Origin: Syntrophobacterales bacterium
GTDB taxonomy: Bacteria; Desulfobacterota; Desulfobaccia; Desulfobaccales; 0-14-0-80-60-11
Reading direction: 5' to 3'
Assembly (NCBI GenBank): GCA_023229795.1
Contig: JALNYP010000011.1
Coordinates: 6,515-70,514 of the forward strand
DNA length: 64,000 bases
The notes below the pieces were generated by a model that worked only from the letters and a program-made list of their open reading frames with translations, did not search any database and was not told the origin of the DNA. Position numbers and translations under genes: made by a program. Below, piece after piece: positions 27,303-35,546 of the stretch. Within the stretch, counting starts at the first letter, position 1, and every line of letters begins with the position of its first letter.

Positions 27303-28430
27303 CTAGATAAACCGCCGCATCATCTCGTCGGTGACTGCATCCACCGTCTCCGGCCGGATCCGGTAGTGGCGGCAGATATCCTCCACCTGTGTCAGCCGGT
27401 CAGGATCTTCCAGGTCCCGCAAGCCCGCCAGGACCCCGGTCCGCCGGCCTACCTGATAGAGCAATTGCAATTCGGGGTCCAGATCCAGGAAAGTCCGCAC
27501 GATCCCCACGAGGAGCGCCTGATCCTGGGGCAGTTGGCCGTCCACTTCGGGCAGCAGATTCAGGATGTGATCACTTTTAATGGCGCTGGTGACCCCCGTC
27601 AGCGCTTCCAGAAACAGCAGCAGTTCCCGGGCCATCATGATGTCCGTGGGTTTGAGGAAGCGGCCGGCCACGTAATCTGTATATAACGGAGTTGAAGGCG
27701 GAATAGCCAGGGTCCGTAGCCGGATGAAATCAGGGTTGATCTCGCTTAAGGCCGCGGCCGTTTCCGTGGCGTGGAACTCCAGCAGCTCCTGGCCTCCCAG
27801 ACCCGGCATGTAGTATTCCGACAGCTCCATCCCCGCGGCCTTGACCTTCTGCCCCGCCAGGATGTGCATCCGCTTGGTGGTGCCTTTCCGCACCAGCTTC
27901 AGGACCGGGTCCGCCCCCGATTCCATGCCGATATGAATCCGGCTGAGTCCCGCTTCCCTGAGTTCGGCCAACGTCTGGATGTCCAGCGCCGCCATGCTGT
28001 TGGAGCGTGCGTAGGAAGTCACCCGGGTCACCCCGGGAAAGCGCGCCTTGAGATGCCGCAAGATGGCCAGCAGGTCTTCGGGGGGCAGCACCAGGCTGTT
28101 GGCGTCCTGGAGAAAGACCTGGCGCCGGCCGTATCTTAGCCAATTCCTGGCCGCCACCCAGGCCTGGCGGTCGCCTCCCGGCGGGGCCTCTTCGGCTCCC
28201 TGCTCCAACCGCCGCACCGCCTCGTACACCGCGTCAATATCCCGCTGCACGTGGGCCACGGACCGCACGGAGAACCGGGTGCCCTTGTACACCGGGCAGA
28301 AGGTGCAATGATTCCAGGGACAGTTCCGGGTCAGCCGCAGCAACAGGCTGTGGGCCTCGCTGGGGGGCCGGATGGGTCCCTGTTCCAGGCCCTGGTAAGC
28401 GGAATCCGGGTTGTCCGTCTGGTCAGGCAT
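27303..28430 (-). CDS. radical SAM superfamily protein
   Basis: ORF 27303-28451 trimmed to ATG 28430 (AGGAG 5 nt upstream); Cys cluster CPWNHCTFCPVY near N-terminus; subfamily unknown. Confidence 0.8.
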   Translation of the reverse strand: MPDQTDNPDSAYQGLEQGPIRPPSEAHSLLLRLTRNCPWNHCTFCPVYKGTRFSVRSVAHVQRDIDAVYEAVRRLEQGAEEAPPGGDRQAWVAARNWLRYGRRQVFLQDANSLVLPPEDLLAILRHLKARFPGVTRVTSYARSNSMAALDIQTLAELREAGLSRIHIGMESGADPVLKLVRKGTTKRMHILAGQKVKAAGMELSEYYMPGLGGQELLEFHATETAAALSEINPDFIRLRTLAIPPSTPLYTDYVAGRFLKPTDIMMARELLLFLEALTGVTSAIKSDHILNLLPEVDGQLPQDQALLVGIVRTFLDLDPELQLLYQVGRRTGVLAGLRDLEDPDRLTQVEDICRHYRIRPETVDAVTDEMMRRFI

Positions 28431-28637
28431 CGCCGCTCCTTTCGACCTCAAAGGTTCTCATAAAAACCTCGGGGGGGCAAGCTCGGCAAACGGCAGTTGC
28501 CGGTCGCCAGGGAATGGCAGGCCGTGATCGTGGAGAGCAACCTGGAGCCCAACCGCCTGACCTACTCGATCGCCGACCACTTTTTGCCGGGCTCGGCGGG
28601 GAAATTGCTGCCCCTGGTTCTGCAAGAGCTGTGAGAG

Positions 28638-28672
28638 GGTTTTCTGTTTGCCGTTTTCGGTTTTCTGTGAAA
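28638..28672. repeat. degenerate heptamer array (TTTTCKG type)
   Basis: GGTTTTC TGTTTGC CGTTTTC GGTTTTC TGTGAAA. Confidence 0.55.
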
Positions 28673-29254
28673 AGAATTGGTTTATCAATAAGTTACCTTA
28701 AAGTTTGGAACATCCCGCCTATGGCTGTCCTCCGGAACGGCGTAAATAATCCTCAAGTTATGGAAATTTAAGGGGTTTCACGACGCCCAGCCCGACCCGC
28801 CGGGCCGGGCTGAAGCGGCCTAACGGTGAGTTTAGGTGATTTAAGCGGCACCTTTGATCCCAAAAAGTAAACTTTTGTTTCATAGATCCTCAAAAAAGCG
28901 GGACTGACCCGGACTCGAAGCGAGGCGCGGCCGCTGAGGGGCCGGATATTTCCGGACCCTGACCACTCTGTACCGTACTTTGGCCCGCTCCGTGCCGCAA
29001 GGCAACCACATCGCAGATAAGCTATTATCTAATGAATCCAGCATGATGGCTTTTATCCCGGGGGATTGTTCCGCATCCGGCGGAAAGAGAAGGGCCACGG
29101 GCCGGCGCTGAGGGCTTGGATTGAGAGACAGACCATGCCGCATCATACCGCTTGATTTCGGGGTGAGGACAGCGCGGATGGGAAGGATGACTGGGTTTGG
29201 GAATGGGAAGCGTGGATATATAGTGAGTTTGCAGCGGACGATTTTTGTTATATT

Positions 29255-29890
29255 ATGAAAACTTACTGGTCCCTATTTTTTGCCGTATGCCGGGAAAGCG
29301 TAGGGCGGGAAAGCGAAGCGCATCCCGCCTTTAGTAGCCGTAGCAATTGGATTAGGCCTGACTTATGCCGCAATATATTCGCGTTTGTTCCTGGCGGCAC
29401 GTTCTTCTTCACGGTCACGCTGCTGGAACGCCGCCGGAAACTCTTGACCGAAAACATTGACCACCTCCGGGAGGTGTTCAAGGCGGCCCGCCGCCGCCGA
29501 CCATTTAGCATCGAGGCCATCGTGATTTTGCCCGATCACCTGCATTGTATCTGGACCTTGCCTTCCGGGGATGCGGATTTTTCCACCCGATGGCAAGATA
29601 TCAAAGCACGATTTGCCGCACAAATTCCCGGAGGGGAAAGACTTTCAGCCCGGCGTTTGCAGAAGGGAGAGCGAGGCATTTGGCAGCGACGCTTTTGGGA
29701 ACATGTCATCCGTGATGAGGGTGACTATGAGCGTCATGTAGATTACATCCACTTCAATCCGGTAAAGCACGGTCAGGTTACGAGGGTCGCGGATTGGCCG
29801 TATTCAAGCTTTCACCGCTACGTGGAACGTGGCATTTATAACCTTGATTGGGCGGCAGATGATAAGGTTCGGAATCTAGAGATGGAATAA
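29255..29890 (+). CDS. REP-associated tyrosine transposase (RAYT, YafM/RayT type), apparently frameshifted near native N-terminus
   Basis: 211-aa ORF; PGGTFFFTV, LPDHLHCIW (HUH), RRFWEHVIRDEGDYERHVDYIHFNPVKHG, DWPYSSFHRYV. Native-looking ATG at 29365 (MPQYI...) is in another frame. Confidence 0.75.
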   Translation: MKTYWSLFFAVCRESVGRESEAHPAFSSRSNWIRPDLCRNIFAFVPGGTFFFTVTLLERRRKLLTENIDHLREVFKAARRRRPFSIEAIVILPDHLHCIWTLPSGDADFSTRWQDIKARFAAQIPGGERLSARRLQKGERGIWQRRFWEHVIRDEGDYERHVDYIHFNPVKHGQVTRVADWPYSSFHRYVERGIYNLDWAADDKVRNLEME

Positions 29891-29927
29891 TGCTAATGGC
29901 GGGATGCGCTTCGCTTTCCCGCCCTAC
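29300..29927 (+). mobile_element. REPtron: RAYT gene bracketed by inverted family-C REP units
   Basis: GTAGGGCGGGAAAGCGAAGCGCATCCCGCC at 29300-29329; its exact reverse complement at 29898-29927. Confidence 0.8.
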
Positions 29928-29939
29928 GGCTACGGGCTA

Positions 29940-29960
29940 CCCCCCTTGAGAAAAGGGGGG
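29940..29960. repeat. REP-like hairpin, family G (C-run/G-run)
   Basis: CCCCCCTTGAGAAAAGGGGGG, just after the right REP of the REPtron. Confidence 0.7.
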
Positions 29961-29983
29961 ATTTATCCTGCCCGTTAAATCCT

Positions 29984-31270
29984 TTATCTATGTCCAGAAA
30001 CCTGTGATCTGGGTCCGGAAACCTGTTGGCTTTTGCCTCGGGCTTGGCGGGGTGCGGCTTGACGGGGGGCGGCTGTTTTCGGTTGGCTGCGGCGCGGCTG
30101 AGGCGGGCGCGGCGGGCGGGCGAACTCGGTGTTGCGGGCCGGGGCCGGTTTTTGATAATCAAAGCCGTCCAGGGTGCAACGCTCTACTTTGGCGTGGAGG
30201 ACCCGCTCGATGCTGCGGACCATATCTTCATCTTCCCGGGTCATAAAGGTGAAGGCATCACCGGTCTTGGCATTGCGGCCGGTACGTCCGATCCGGTGCG
30301 TATAGGCATCGGGCGAATCCGGCATGTCGTAATTGATCACGTGGGAAATCTGGGTGACGTCGATGCCGCGGGAGGCAATGTCGGTGGCCACCAGGATCTG
30401 GAAGGTGCCGTCGCGGAAGCCGGTCATCACGGCCTGGCGCCGCGCCTGGGAGAGATTGCCCTGGAGTGAGGCGGCCCGATAGGCGGCCTTGCCCAGTTGT
30501 TCCTCCAGCCGCTTGGCCCGGTGTTTGGTGCGCGTAAAGATCAGCACCGACTCAGTATCGGTATGGCGCAGCAGTTCGAGGAGCAGCGGGGTTTTGAGGT
30601 GCGGCTCGACCGGATAGAGCAGATGCGAGACCGTACTGGCCGGCCCGGAGGTATCCACCTGGACCTTAACCGGGGCTTGGAGGATTTCGCGGGTCAGACG
30701 CAGAATATCAGCAGGCATGGTGGCCGAAAACAACAGCGTCTGGCGCTGGGCCGGGACGTGCTTGACGATCTTTCTGATATCGGGCAGAAATCCCATGTCG
30801 AACATCCGGTCGGCTTCGTCCAGGACGAGCACTTCGAGATGCGACAGGTCGATGGTGCCCTGTTTGAGGTGGTCCAGCAGGCGGCCGGGACAGGCCACGA
30901 CAATCTCGGCGCCGCGTTTGAGCTTATCCACCTGGGGATTGAAGCCGACGCCGCCATAAATCGTGACGCTCTTGAGTCCGGTCCGGCCACCCAGGGCGCC
31001 GATGGCTTCGTGGATCTGCTCGGCCAGCTCGCGGGTGGGGGCCACAACCAGAGCCCTGACCTGCCCGCGCGCGCCTTTCATGAGGCGATGGAGGATGGGC
31101 AGCACAAAGGCCGCAGTCTTGCCGGTGCCGGTCTGGGCGAGGCCCACGAGGTCGTGGCCTTGCATGACCAGCGGGATGGCCTCGGCCTGGATCGGGGTGG
31201 GCGTAGTATAGTGCGCCGCGGTCACGCCGGCCGCGACTTTAGTGTCAAAACCAAATTTCTTAAATTCCAT
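29984..31270 (-). CDS. rhlE: DEAD-box ATP-dependent RNA helicase (RhlE-like)
   Basis: 428-aa ORF; AQTGTGKT, DEAD, SAT, HRIGRTGR motifs; basic P/R/Q-rich C-tail. Confidence 0.9.
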   Translation of the reverse strand: MEFKKFGFDTKVAAGVTAAHYTTPTPIQAEAIPLVMQGHDLVGLAQTGTGKTAAFVLPILHRLMKGARGQVRALVVAPTRELAEQIHEAIGALGGRTGLKSVTIYGGVGFNPQVDKLKRGAEIVVACPGRLLDHLKQGTIDLSHLEVLVLDEADRMFDMGFLPDIRKIVKHVPAQRQTLLFSATMPADILRLTREILQAPVKVQVDTSGPASTVSHLLYPVEPHLKTPLLLELLRHTDTESVLIFTRTKHRAKRLEEQLGKAAYRAASLQGNLSQARRQAVMTGFRDGTFQILVATDIASRGIDVTQISHVINYDMPDSPDAYTHRIGRTGRNAKTGDAFTFMTREDEDMVRSIERVLHAKVERCTLDGFDYQKPAPARNTEFARPPRPPQPRRSQPKTAAPRQAAPRQARGKSQQVSGPRSQVSGHR

Positions 31271-31568
31271 AAATTCCTTTTGTTCTTAGTCCGGGGAAAA
31301 AATCACCCGGTGTATTCATAGGGTTACAATTGCGGTGCAGGGTCTTGGCGACCAAGCCGCAATCAAAGGCCGGCGCAGGCGACTCGCCGGTGTAGGCGCA
31401 GCGCAGGCCAAAGCCTGCGGCTACCTAAAGATAGCCATCATCGCCAAGGCAGACGGGCGCCCTAACGTTACCACGCCAGGGGGCCAAAATTGGGTTTGGG
31501 GCTGGAGGGGTCTTGCGGGTGGGGTATCACTCGGAGCAAGAAAGGAATAGCATTCTCCCCCACCCTAG

Positions 31569-31590
31569 CCCTCCCCCATCAGGGGGGAGG
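31569..31590. repeat. REP-like hairpin, family G
   Basis: CCCTCCCCCATCAGGGGGGAGG downstream of rpsT. Confidence 0.75.
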
Positions 31591-31629
31591 AGCACCAGGA
31601 AGGAATGCTTGACTTGCTCCGACGACTAG

Positions 31630-31905
31630 CTAAGCGCCTTGCAGGGCGTTGACCTGCCGGGTGAGGCGGGAAATCTTGCGAGCCGCGGCCCGCCAGTGGA
31701 TGGTGCCCTTGCCGGCTACCCGGGCGATGGCCGGGATCGCGCTCTTCAAGGCCGCCTGGGCCTCTTCGGGATTCTTTTGGGCTACCGCCTGGCGCACCTG
31801 GCGCACTACGTTCTTGACCCGGGTTTTGCGGCTCTGGTTTTGCAGCCGCCGTTTTTCATTCTGTCGTGCCCGCTTCAGGGCGGATAAATGTCTGGCCAAT
31901 GTCAT
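31630..31905 (-). CDS. rpsT: 30S ribosomal protein S20
   Basis: 91-aa basic ORF; SALKRARQNEKRRLQN is the S20 N-terminal signature. Confidence 0.9.
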   Translation of the reverse strand: MTLARHLSALKRARQNEKRRLQNQSRKTRVKNVVRQVRQAVAQKNPEEAQAALKSAIPAIARVAGKGTIHWRAAARKISRLTRQVNALQGA

Positions 31906-31944
31906 CCTCCGAATTTAGGCTCGCTGCCAAAAGTTTCTTCTGAT

Positions 31945-31982
31945 CCCCCCCTCAACCTAACCCTCTCCCGCCAGGGGAGAGG
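31945..31982. repeat. REP-like hairpin, family G
   Basis: ...CTAACCCTCTCCCGCCAGGGGAGAGG upstream of rpsT. Confidence 0.75.
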
Positions 31983-32052
31983 TCAAGAAAAGGAAGGAAC
32001 TTTCGGCACCCGCCATAGTGCTCTATAAGTGTGTCTTAAGCAAGCGCGTTTG

Positions 32053-32625
32053 TCAAGGGAGTTGGCTTTCCGGGTACTGCCGGAAAAAGGCCTTGAAATA
32101 ACTGACCCCCGAGACCAGGGTGGCAATGAGGGCCAGCCATAAGAGCCACATGCCCAGCCCGTGGAAATCGATGCCGTCGTACGGATAGTGCAAAATCAAG
32201 GCGGTCAGCGCCGCCATTTGGAGCAAAGTCTTGGCCTTGCCCCAGCGGTCCGGGGCCAGGACAATGCCTTCGGAGGCGGCCAGACCCCGCAGGCCGGTGA
32301 CCGCCAGCTCCCGGCCCACGATGAGAAAGGCCATCCAGGCCGGCACCCGGCCCAGGGGGATGAGCATGATCAGGGCGGCCGAGACCAGGAGCTTATCGGC
32401 CAGGGGGTCCATGAACTTGCCCAGACGGCTCACGAGACGGTGGCGCCGGGCCAAAAACCCGTCCAGGAAATCGGTGGCTCCCGCCAACATGAAACAAACG
32501 GCCCCGAAAAAACTGGCCCAGGGTCCCGAAAAAAACAGGAGCACCACCACCACGGGGACCGCGGCGATGCGGGCTCCGGTGAGGAGGTTAGGGGTACCCC
32601 AACTATGGTTCTCGACCGGGCTCAT
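32053..32625 (-). CDS. pgsA: CDP-diacylglycerol--glycerol-3-phosphate 3-phosphatidyltransferase
   Basis: ORF 32053-32652 trimmed to ATG 32625; CDP-alcohol phosphatidyltransferase motif (DFLDGFLARR...GKFMDPLADK). Confidence 0.88.
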   Translation of the reverse strand: MSPVENHSWGTPNLLTGARIAAVPVVVVLLFFSGPWASFFGAVCFMLAGATDFLDGFLARRHRLVSRLGKFMDPLADKLLVSAALIMLIPLGRVPAWMAFLIVGRELAVTGLRGLAASEGIVLAPDRWGKAKTLLQMAALTALILHYPYDGIDFHGLGMWLLWLALIATLVSGVSYFKAFFRQYPESQLP

Positions 32626-32627
32626 CT

Positions 32628-33287
32628 CTAAGATTTGCGGGCGCGCTCCCAATCTTCCAAGAACTTTTTCAAGCCGCTGTCCGTCAGGGGATGCTTCATG
32701 AGCTGCATGAGCACCCCAAAGGGCACGGTGGCGATATCGGCCCCGGCCAGGGCCCCATCCAGGACGTGGAGGGGATGGCGCACGGAGGCCACGATAATTT
32801 CGGTATCGAAACCGTAATTTTCAAAGATAGTGACAATCTGCTCGACGATCTCGGTACCCCGATGATTGATGTCGTCGAGGCGGCCGATAAAGGGGCTGAC
32901 GTAGGCCGCGCCGGCTTTGGCGGCCAGCAGGGCCTGGAGCGGCTGAAAGATCAGGGTGACGTTGACCCTGATGCCCTCTTCGGCCAGAATCCGGGTGGCC
33001 TTGAGGCCGTCCGCGGTCATGGGGACTTTGACCGCCACCCATTCATGGATCTGGGCCAGTTCCCGGGCTTCGGCCACCATGGCCTCGGCGGTGGTGGCCA
33101 CGACCTCGGCGCTCACCGGCCCCTGCACCAACTCGCAGATGGTGCGGATGTGATCCTTGAATTGCTCTTTGGTGCCGATGCCGATCTTGGCGCACAGGCT
33201 CGGGTTCGTGGTGACGCCATCCACCAGGCCCAGGCTATGGGCCTCCTTAATCTCGTCCAGCTTGGCGGTATCGATAAAAAATTTCAT
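32628..33287 (-). CDS. tal: transaldolase / fructose-6-phosphate aldolase (short type)
   Basis: 219-aa ORF; MKFFIDTA...GVTTNPSL...; length typical of the short transaldolase/FSA class. Confidence 0.9.
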   Translation of the reverse strand: MKFFIDTAKLDEIKEAHSLGLVDGVTTNPSLCAKIGIGTKEQFKDHIRTICELVQGPVSAEVVATTAEAMVAEARELAQIHEWVAVKVPMTADGLKATRILAEEGIRVNVTLIFQPLQALLAAKAGAAYVSPFIGRLDDINHRGTEIVEQIVTIFENYGFDTEIIVASVRHPLHVLDGALAGADIATVPFGVLMQLMKHPLTDSGLKKFLEDWERARKS

Positions 33288-33314
33288 AAAAGACCTCTCA
33301 TCATATCATAAAAG

Positions 33315-33572
33315 TCAATTGCCGCCACCACTCAGGAAGCGTTTTAAGCAGCCCTCAGAGCAGAAAAAATACACCTTGCCGTCTTTTTCGGTCCGCAAAG
33401 CCTCTCGCCGGGGGATGAAGGTCCGGCAAATGGGGTCCTGGACCAGGACGTCGGGTTCCCGGTTATTCAGGGGCTTGGGGGCCTGGGGCCACAGGCCCAG
33501 GGAGACGGCCACCTTTTTGATGATCCAGTAACCCAAGTAGCCCAAGATCAAGCCAGAGAGTATGCGAAACAT
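33315..33572 (-). CDS. small membrane-anchored YHS/TRASH-like Cys-motif protein
   Basis: 85-aa ORF; one N-terminal TM helix, then DPICRTFIP...YFFCSEGC. Confidence 0.55.
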   Translation of the reverse strand: MFRILSGLILGYLGYWIIKKVAVSLGLWPQAPKPLNNREPDVLVQDPICRTFIPRREALRTEKDGKVYFFCSEGCLKRFLSGGGN

Positions 33573-33588
33573 CAGGCCCTCTCCTCAA

Positions 33589-34119
33589 TTATCCAGAAAT
33601 CGGCACCAGCGCCGCCAGGTCGGCGGGGTCCAACCCGGCCAGCAGTTCGCCGGCGCTTTTCTGGAGCACCGGGTGCCAGGCCTGGGGGGCAATCTCGGCC
33701 AAAGGGGCCAGCACGAAGGCCCGGCGATGCATCTCAGGGTGGGGCACCACCAGGTTGGGAGCAAAGATCACTTCGCCATTATACAATAACAGATCCAGGT
33801 CGATGACCCGGGGCCCCCACTTCTCGCCCCGGACGCGGCCCATGGCCGCCTCCACGTGGTGCAGCAGCCGCAGCAATTCATCGGGCCCCAGGCGGGTGCG
33901 CACCCGGGCCGCAGCGTTGACGTACCAGGGCTGGCCGGCCGGCCCCAGGGGCGGGGTGCGATAGAACCGGGAAATCCGGGTGACTTCGACCTCGGCCGCG
34001 GCGTTGAGCAGCTCCAGGGCCTGGCGCACCTGCGCTTCGGGGTTCCCGAGGTTTGCCCCCAACCCCAGGTAGGCGATAACCGGGGCCCGTTCAGTGATGA
34101 CCGCATATCCCAAAGGCAT
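33589..34119 (-). CDS. folK: 2-amino-4-hydroxy-6-hydroxymethyldihydropteridine diphosphokinase
   Basis: 176-aa ORF; YLGLGANLG, PRVIDLDLLLY, PHPEM motifs of HPPK. Confidence 0.9.
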   Translation of the reverse strand: MPLGYAVITERAPVIAYLGLGANLGNPEAQVRQALELLNAAAEVEVTRISRFYRTPPLGPAGQPWYVNAAARVRTRLGPDELLRLLHHVEAAMGRVRGEKWGPRVIDLDLLLYNGEVIFAPNLVVPHPEMHRRAFVLAPLAEIAPQAWHPVLQKSAGELLAGLDPADLAALVPISG

Positions 34120-34132
34120 ATCTTATACTATC

Positions 34133-35329
34133 TTATTTCTCGCCCTGGGATAAAGGCTTTTTCATCAGCGGCGCAATCGCCGGGGCTAATTGGGCGGCGA
34201 TGCGGGCGGCCACCAGCCGGGAACCCCGGTCGTTGAAGTGGGCCACGTCACAGATATTTTCTCTGACCGGGGGAATCTCGCCGGCCAAGTCGATCACCAG
34301 CACCTGGTTTTTGGCGCCCACCTCCCGGATGGTGCGATTGAGCCGGTCGAAAGCGCTCTTAAATTCGGTATAAGTGATGCCCTGGCTGGTTTCCAGGCTG
34401 TGCATCATGGTTTTGATGAGCGGATCGGGGTGATCGGTCAAGCGGCTGGCCTGGGTCATGAGCACCGGGAGAATCCCCCGGGCCCGGCAGAGGTTGATGA
34501 AGGTCTGGAGATTCAGGGTAAATTCCCGGACCAGCAGGTCCTGGTCGATGATGGTTTTCTTGCCTCTGACGTCCTTAAACTCGTCCCCATTGGCTTTGCG
34601 GCCGAACTGGAACAATTTCTTGATTTCCCGGGAGAGATTGGGAAAAGTCATATCCCGGACCAGATGGAAGGTATCTTCCAGGTCTTTGCCCACCGTCTTG
34701 AAAGTGGGCGGCTTTTCCACCAGGGGCGAGCGGGAGGGATTGGTATTCCAGTAGGTCTTTTCAAAGACCAGGATGGCTAGATCGTTGATGTTTTCCATCA
34801 GGACGACGACATCGGGCTTGAGGGGCAGGACCTTATTGAGCAGAATATTGAGGCAATGCAGGGTGTTGTTGCCACTGCGGCCGGCGTTGTAGGAGTTGAC
34901 CTTAAGGCGGGTCTGCTGTTCCAGCAGGCGCCCTGCCAGGTAGGGGAAGCGGTTGGGCTCCTCGACGTAGATGCATTCGGTGGTGGAGCCGCCCAGGAAG
35001 GCCAGCACCAGTTCGGGGTGCTCGTGGACTTTGGAGGGCATGATAAAGCCCTGACGATCCACGCGCACCACAAACTTTTTCTGTTCCAGGCCGTCGGACA
35101 TGCGCATGGCGTCGGCGTTGGGCACCAGGACGTCCCGGTATAAGGGGTTTAATTCCCTCAGTTTAATGTAGCGCTTGATGCCGATGGGATCGATCTGGCC
35201 ATGGGTCCTGTAGGCCAGGATTTTTTCGGTCACTACCGCCAGGCCGCCGATGAAGAGCAGCACGAGGACGCAGATGACCTTTTTGGGATTTCGTTCCAGC
35301 CAGGTTTTGCGGGTTTGCCGGTTATCCAT
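34133..35329 (-). CDS. membrane-anchored SGNH/GDSL-type hydrolase
   Basis: 398-aa ORF; TM anchor; SGNH blocks FLGGSTTE (I), NAGRSGN (II), MENIND (III), DVAHFN (V). Confidence 0.7.
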   Translation of the reverse strand: MDNRQTRKTWLERNPKKVICVLVLLFIGGLAVVTEKILAYRTHGQIDPIGIKRYIKLRELNPLYRDVLVPNADAMRMSDGLEQKKFVVRVDRQGFIMPSKVHEHPELVLAFLGGSTTECIYVEEPNRFPYLAGRLLEQQTRLKVNSYNAGRSGNNTLHCLNILLNKVLPLKPDVVVLMENINDLAILVFEKTYWNTNPSRSPLVEKPPTFKTVGKDLEDTFHLVRDMTFPNLSREIKKLFQFGRKANGDEFKDVRGKKTIIDQDLLVREFTLNLQTFINLCRARGILPVLMTQASRLTDHPDPLIKTMMHSLETSQGITYTEFKSAFDRLNRTIREVGAKNQVLVIDLAGEIPPVRENICDVAHFNDRGSRLVAARIAAQLAPAIAPLMKKPLSQGEK

Positions 35330-35458
35330 CAGTTCGGAGAAAAGGGGTCGTGATTCATATATTGTCTGATTTCAATCTAGCCATAATATGAAGGTTGGAG
35401 TTTTAAGTTCCGTTTTCTTAAAATGTGATTTAGTGGGATTATCAAGTGGTTATTTAAT

Positions 35459-35488
35459 CCCCCCTACCCCCCTTTAGAAAAGGGGGAG
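35459..35488. repeat. REP-like hairpin, family G
   Basis: CCCCCCTACCCCCCTTTAGAAAAGGGGGAG. Confidence 0.7.
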
Positions 35489-35546
35489 AAAAAAACCTGT
35501 TTTTGAGGGTCATTCTCATTATGAAGCCGCACGCCTTTGGCTTCAT

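Noticed and set aside
28880-29146. 88-aa minus-strand ORF in the radical SAM/RAYT spacer
   Set aside because: Pro/Arg/Ser-rich, no SD, no motif. It overlaps GC-rich hairpins, so it was not called as a gene.
28700-29250. Possible tmRNA, RNase P RNA or SRP RNA in the large spacer (smpB and ffh are in the window)
   Set aside because: No GGGG...TTCGAC 5' end, no T-arm/CCA 3' end, no tag ORF. No GAGGAAAGTCCGGGC / ACAGAACCCGGCTTA RNase P blocks. GGTCCGGAAATATCCGG only superficially resembles the SRP GGAA tetraloop region. CGAAAGTCCAGGG at ~56351 is too close to the next gene to be RNase P.
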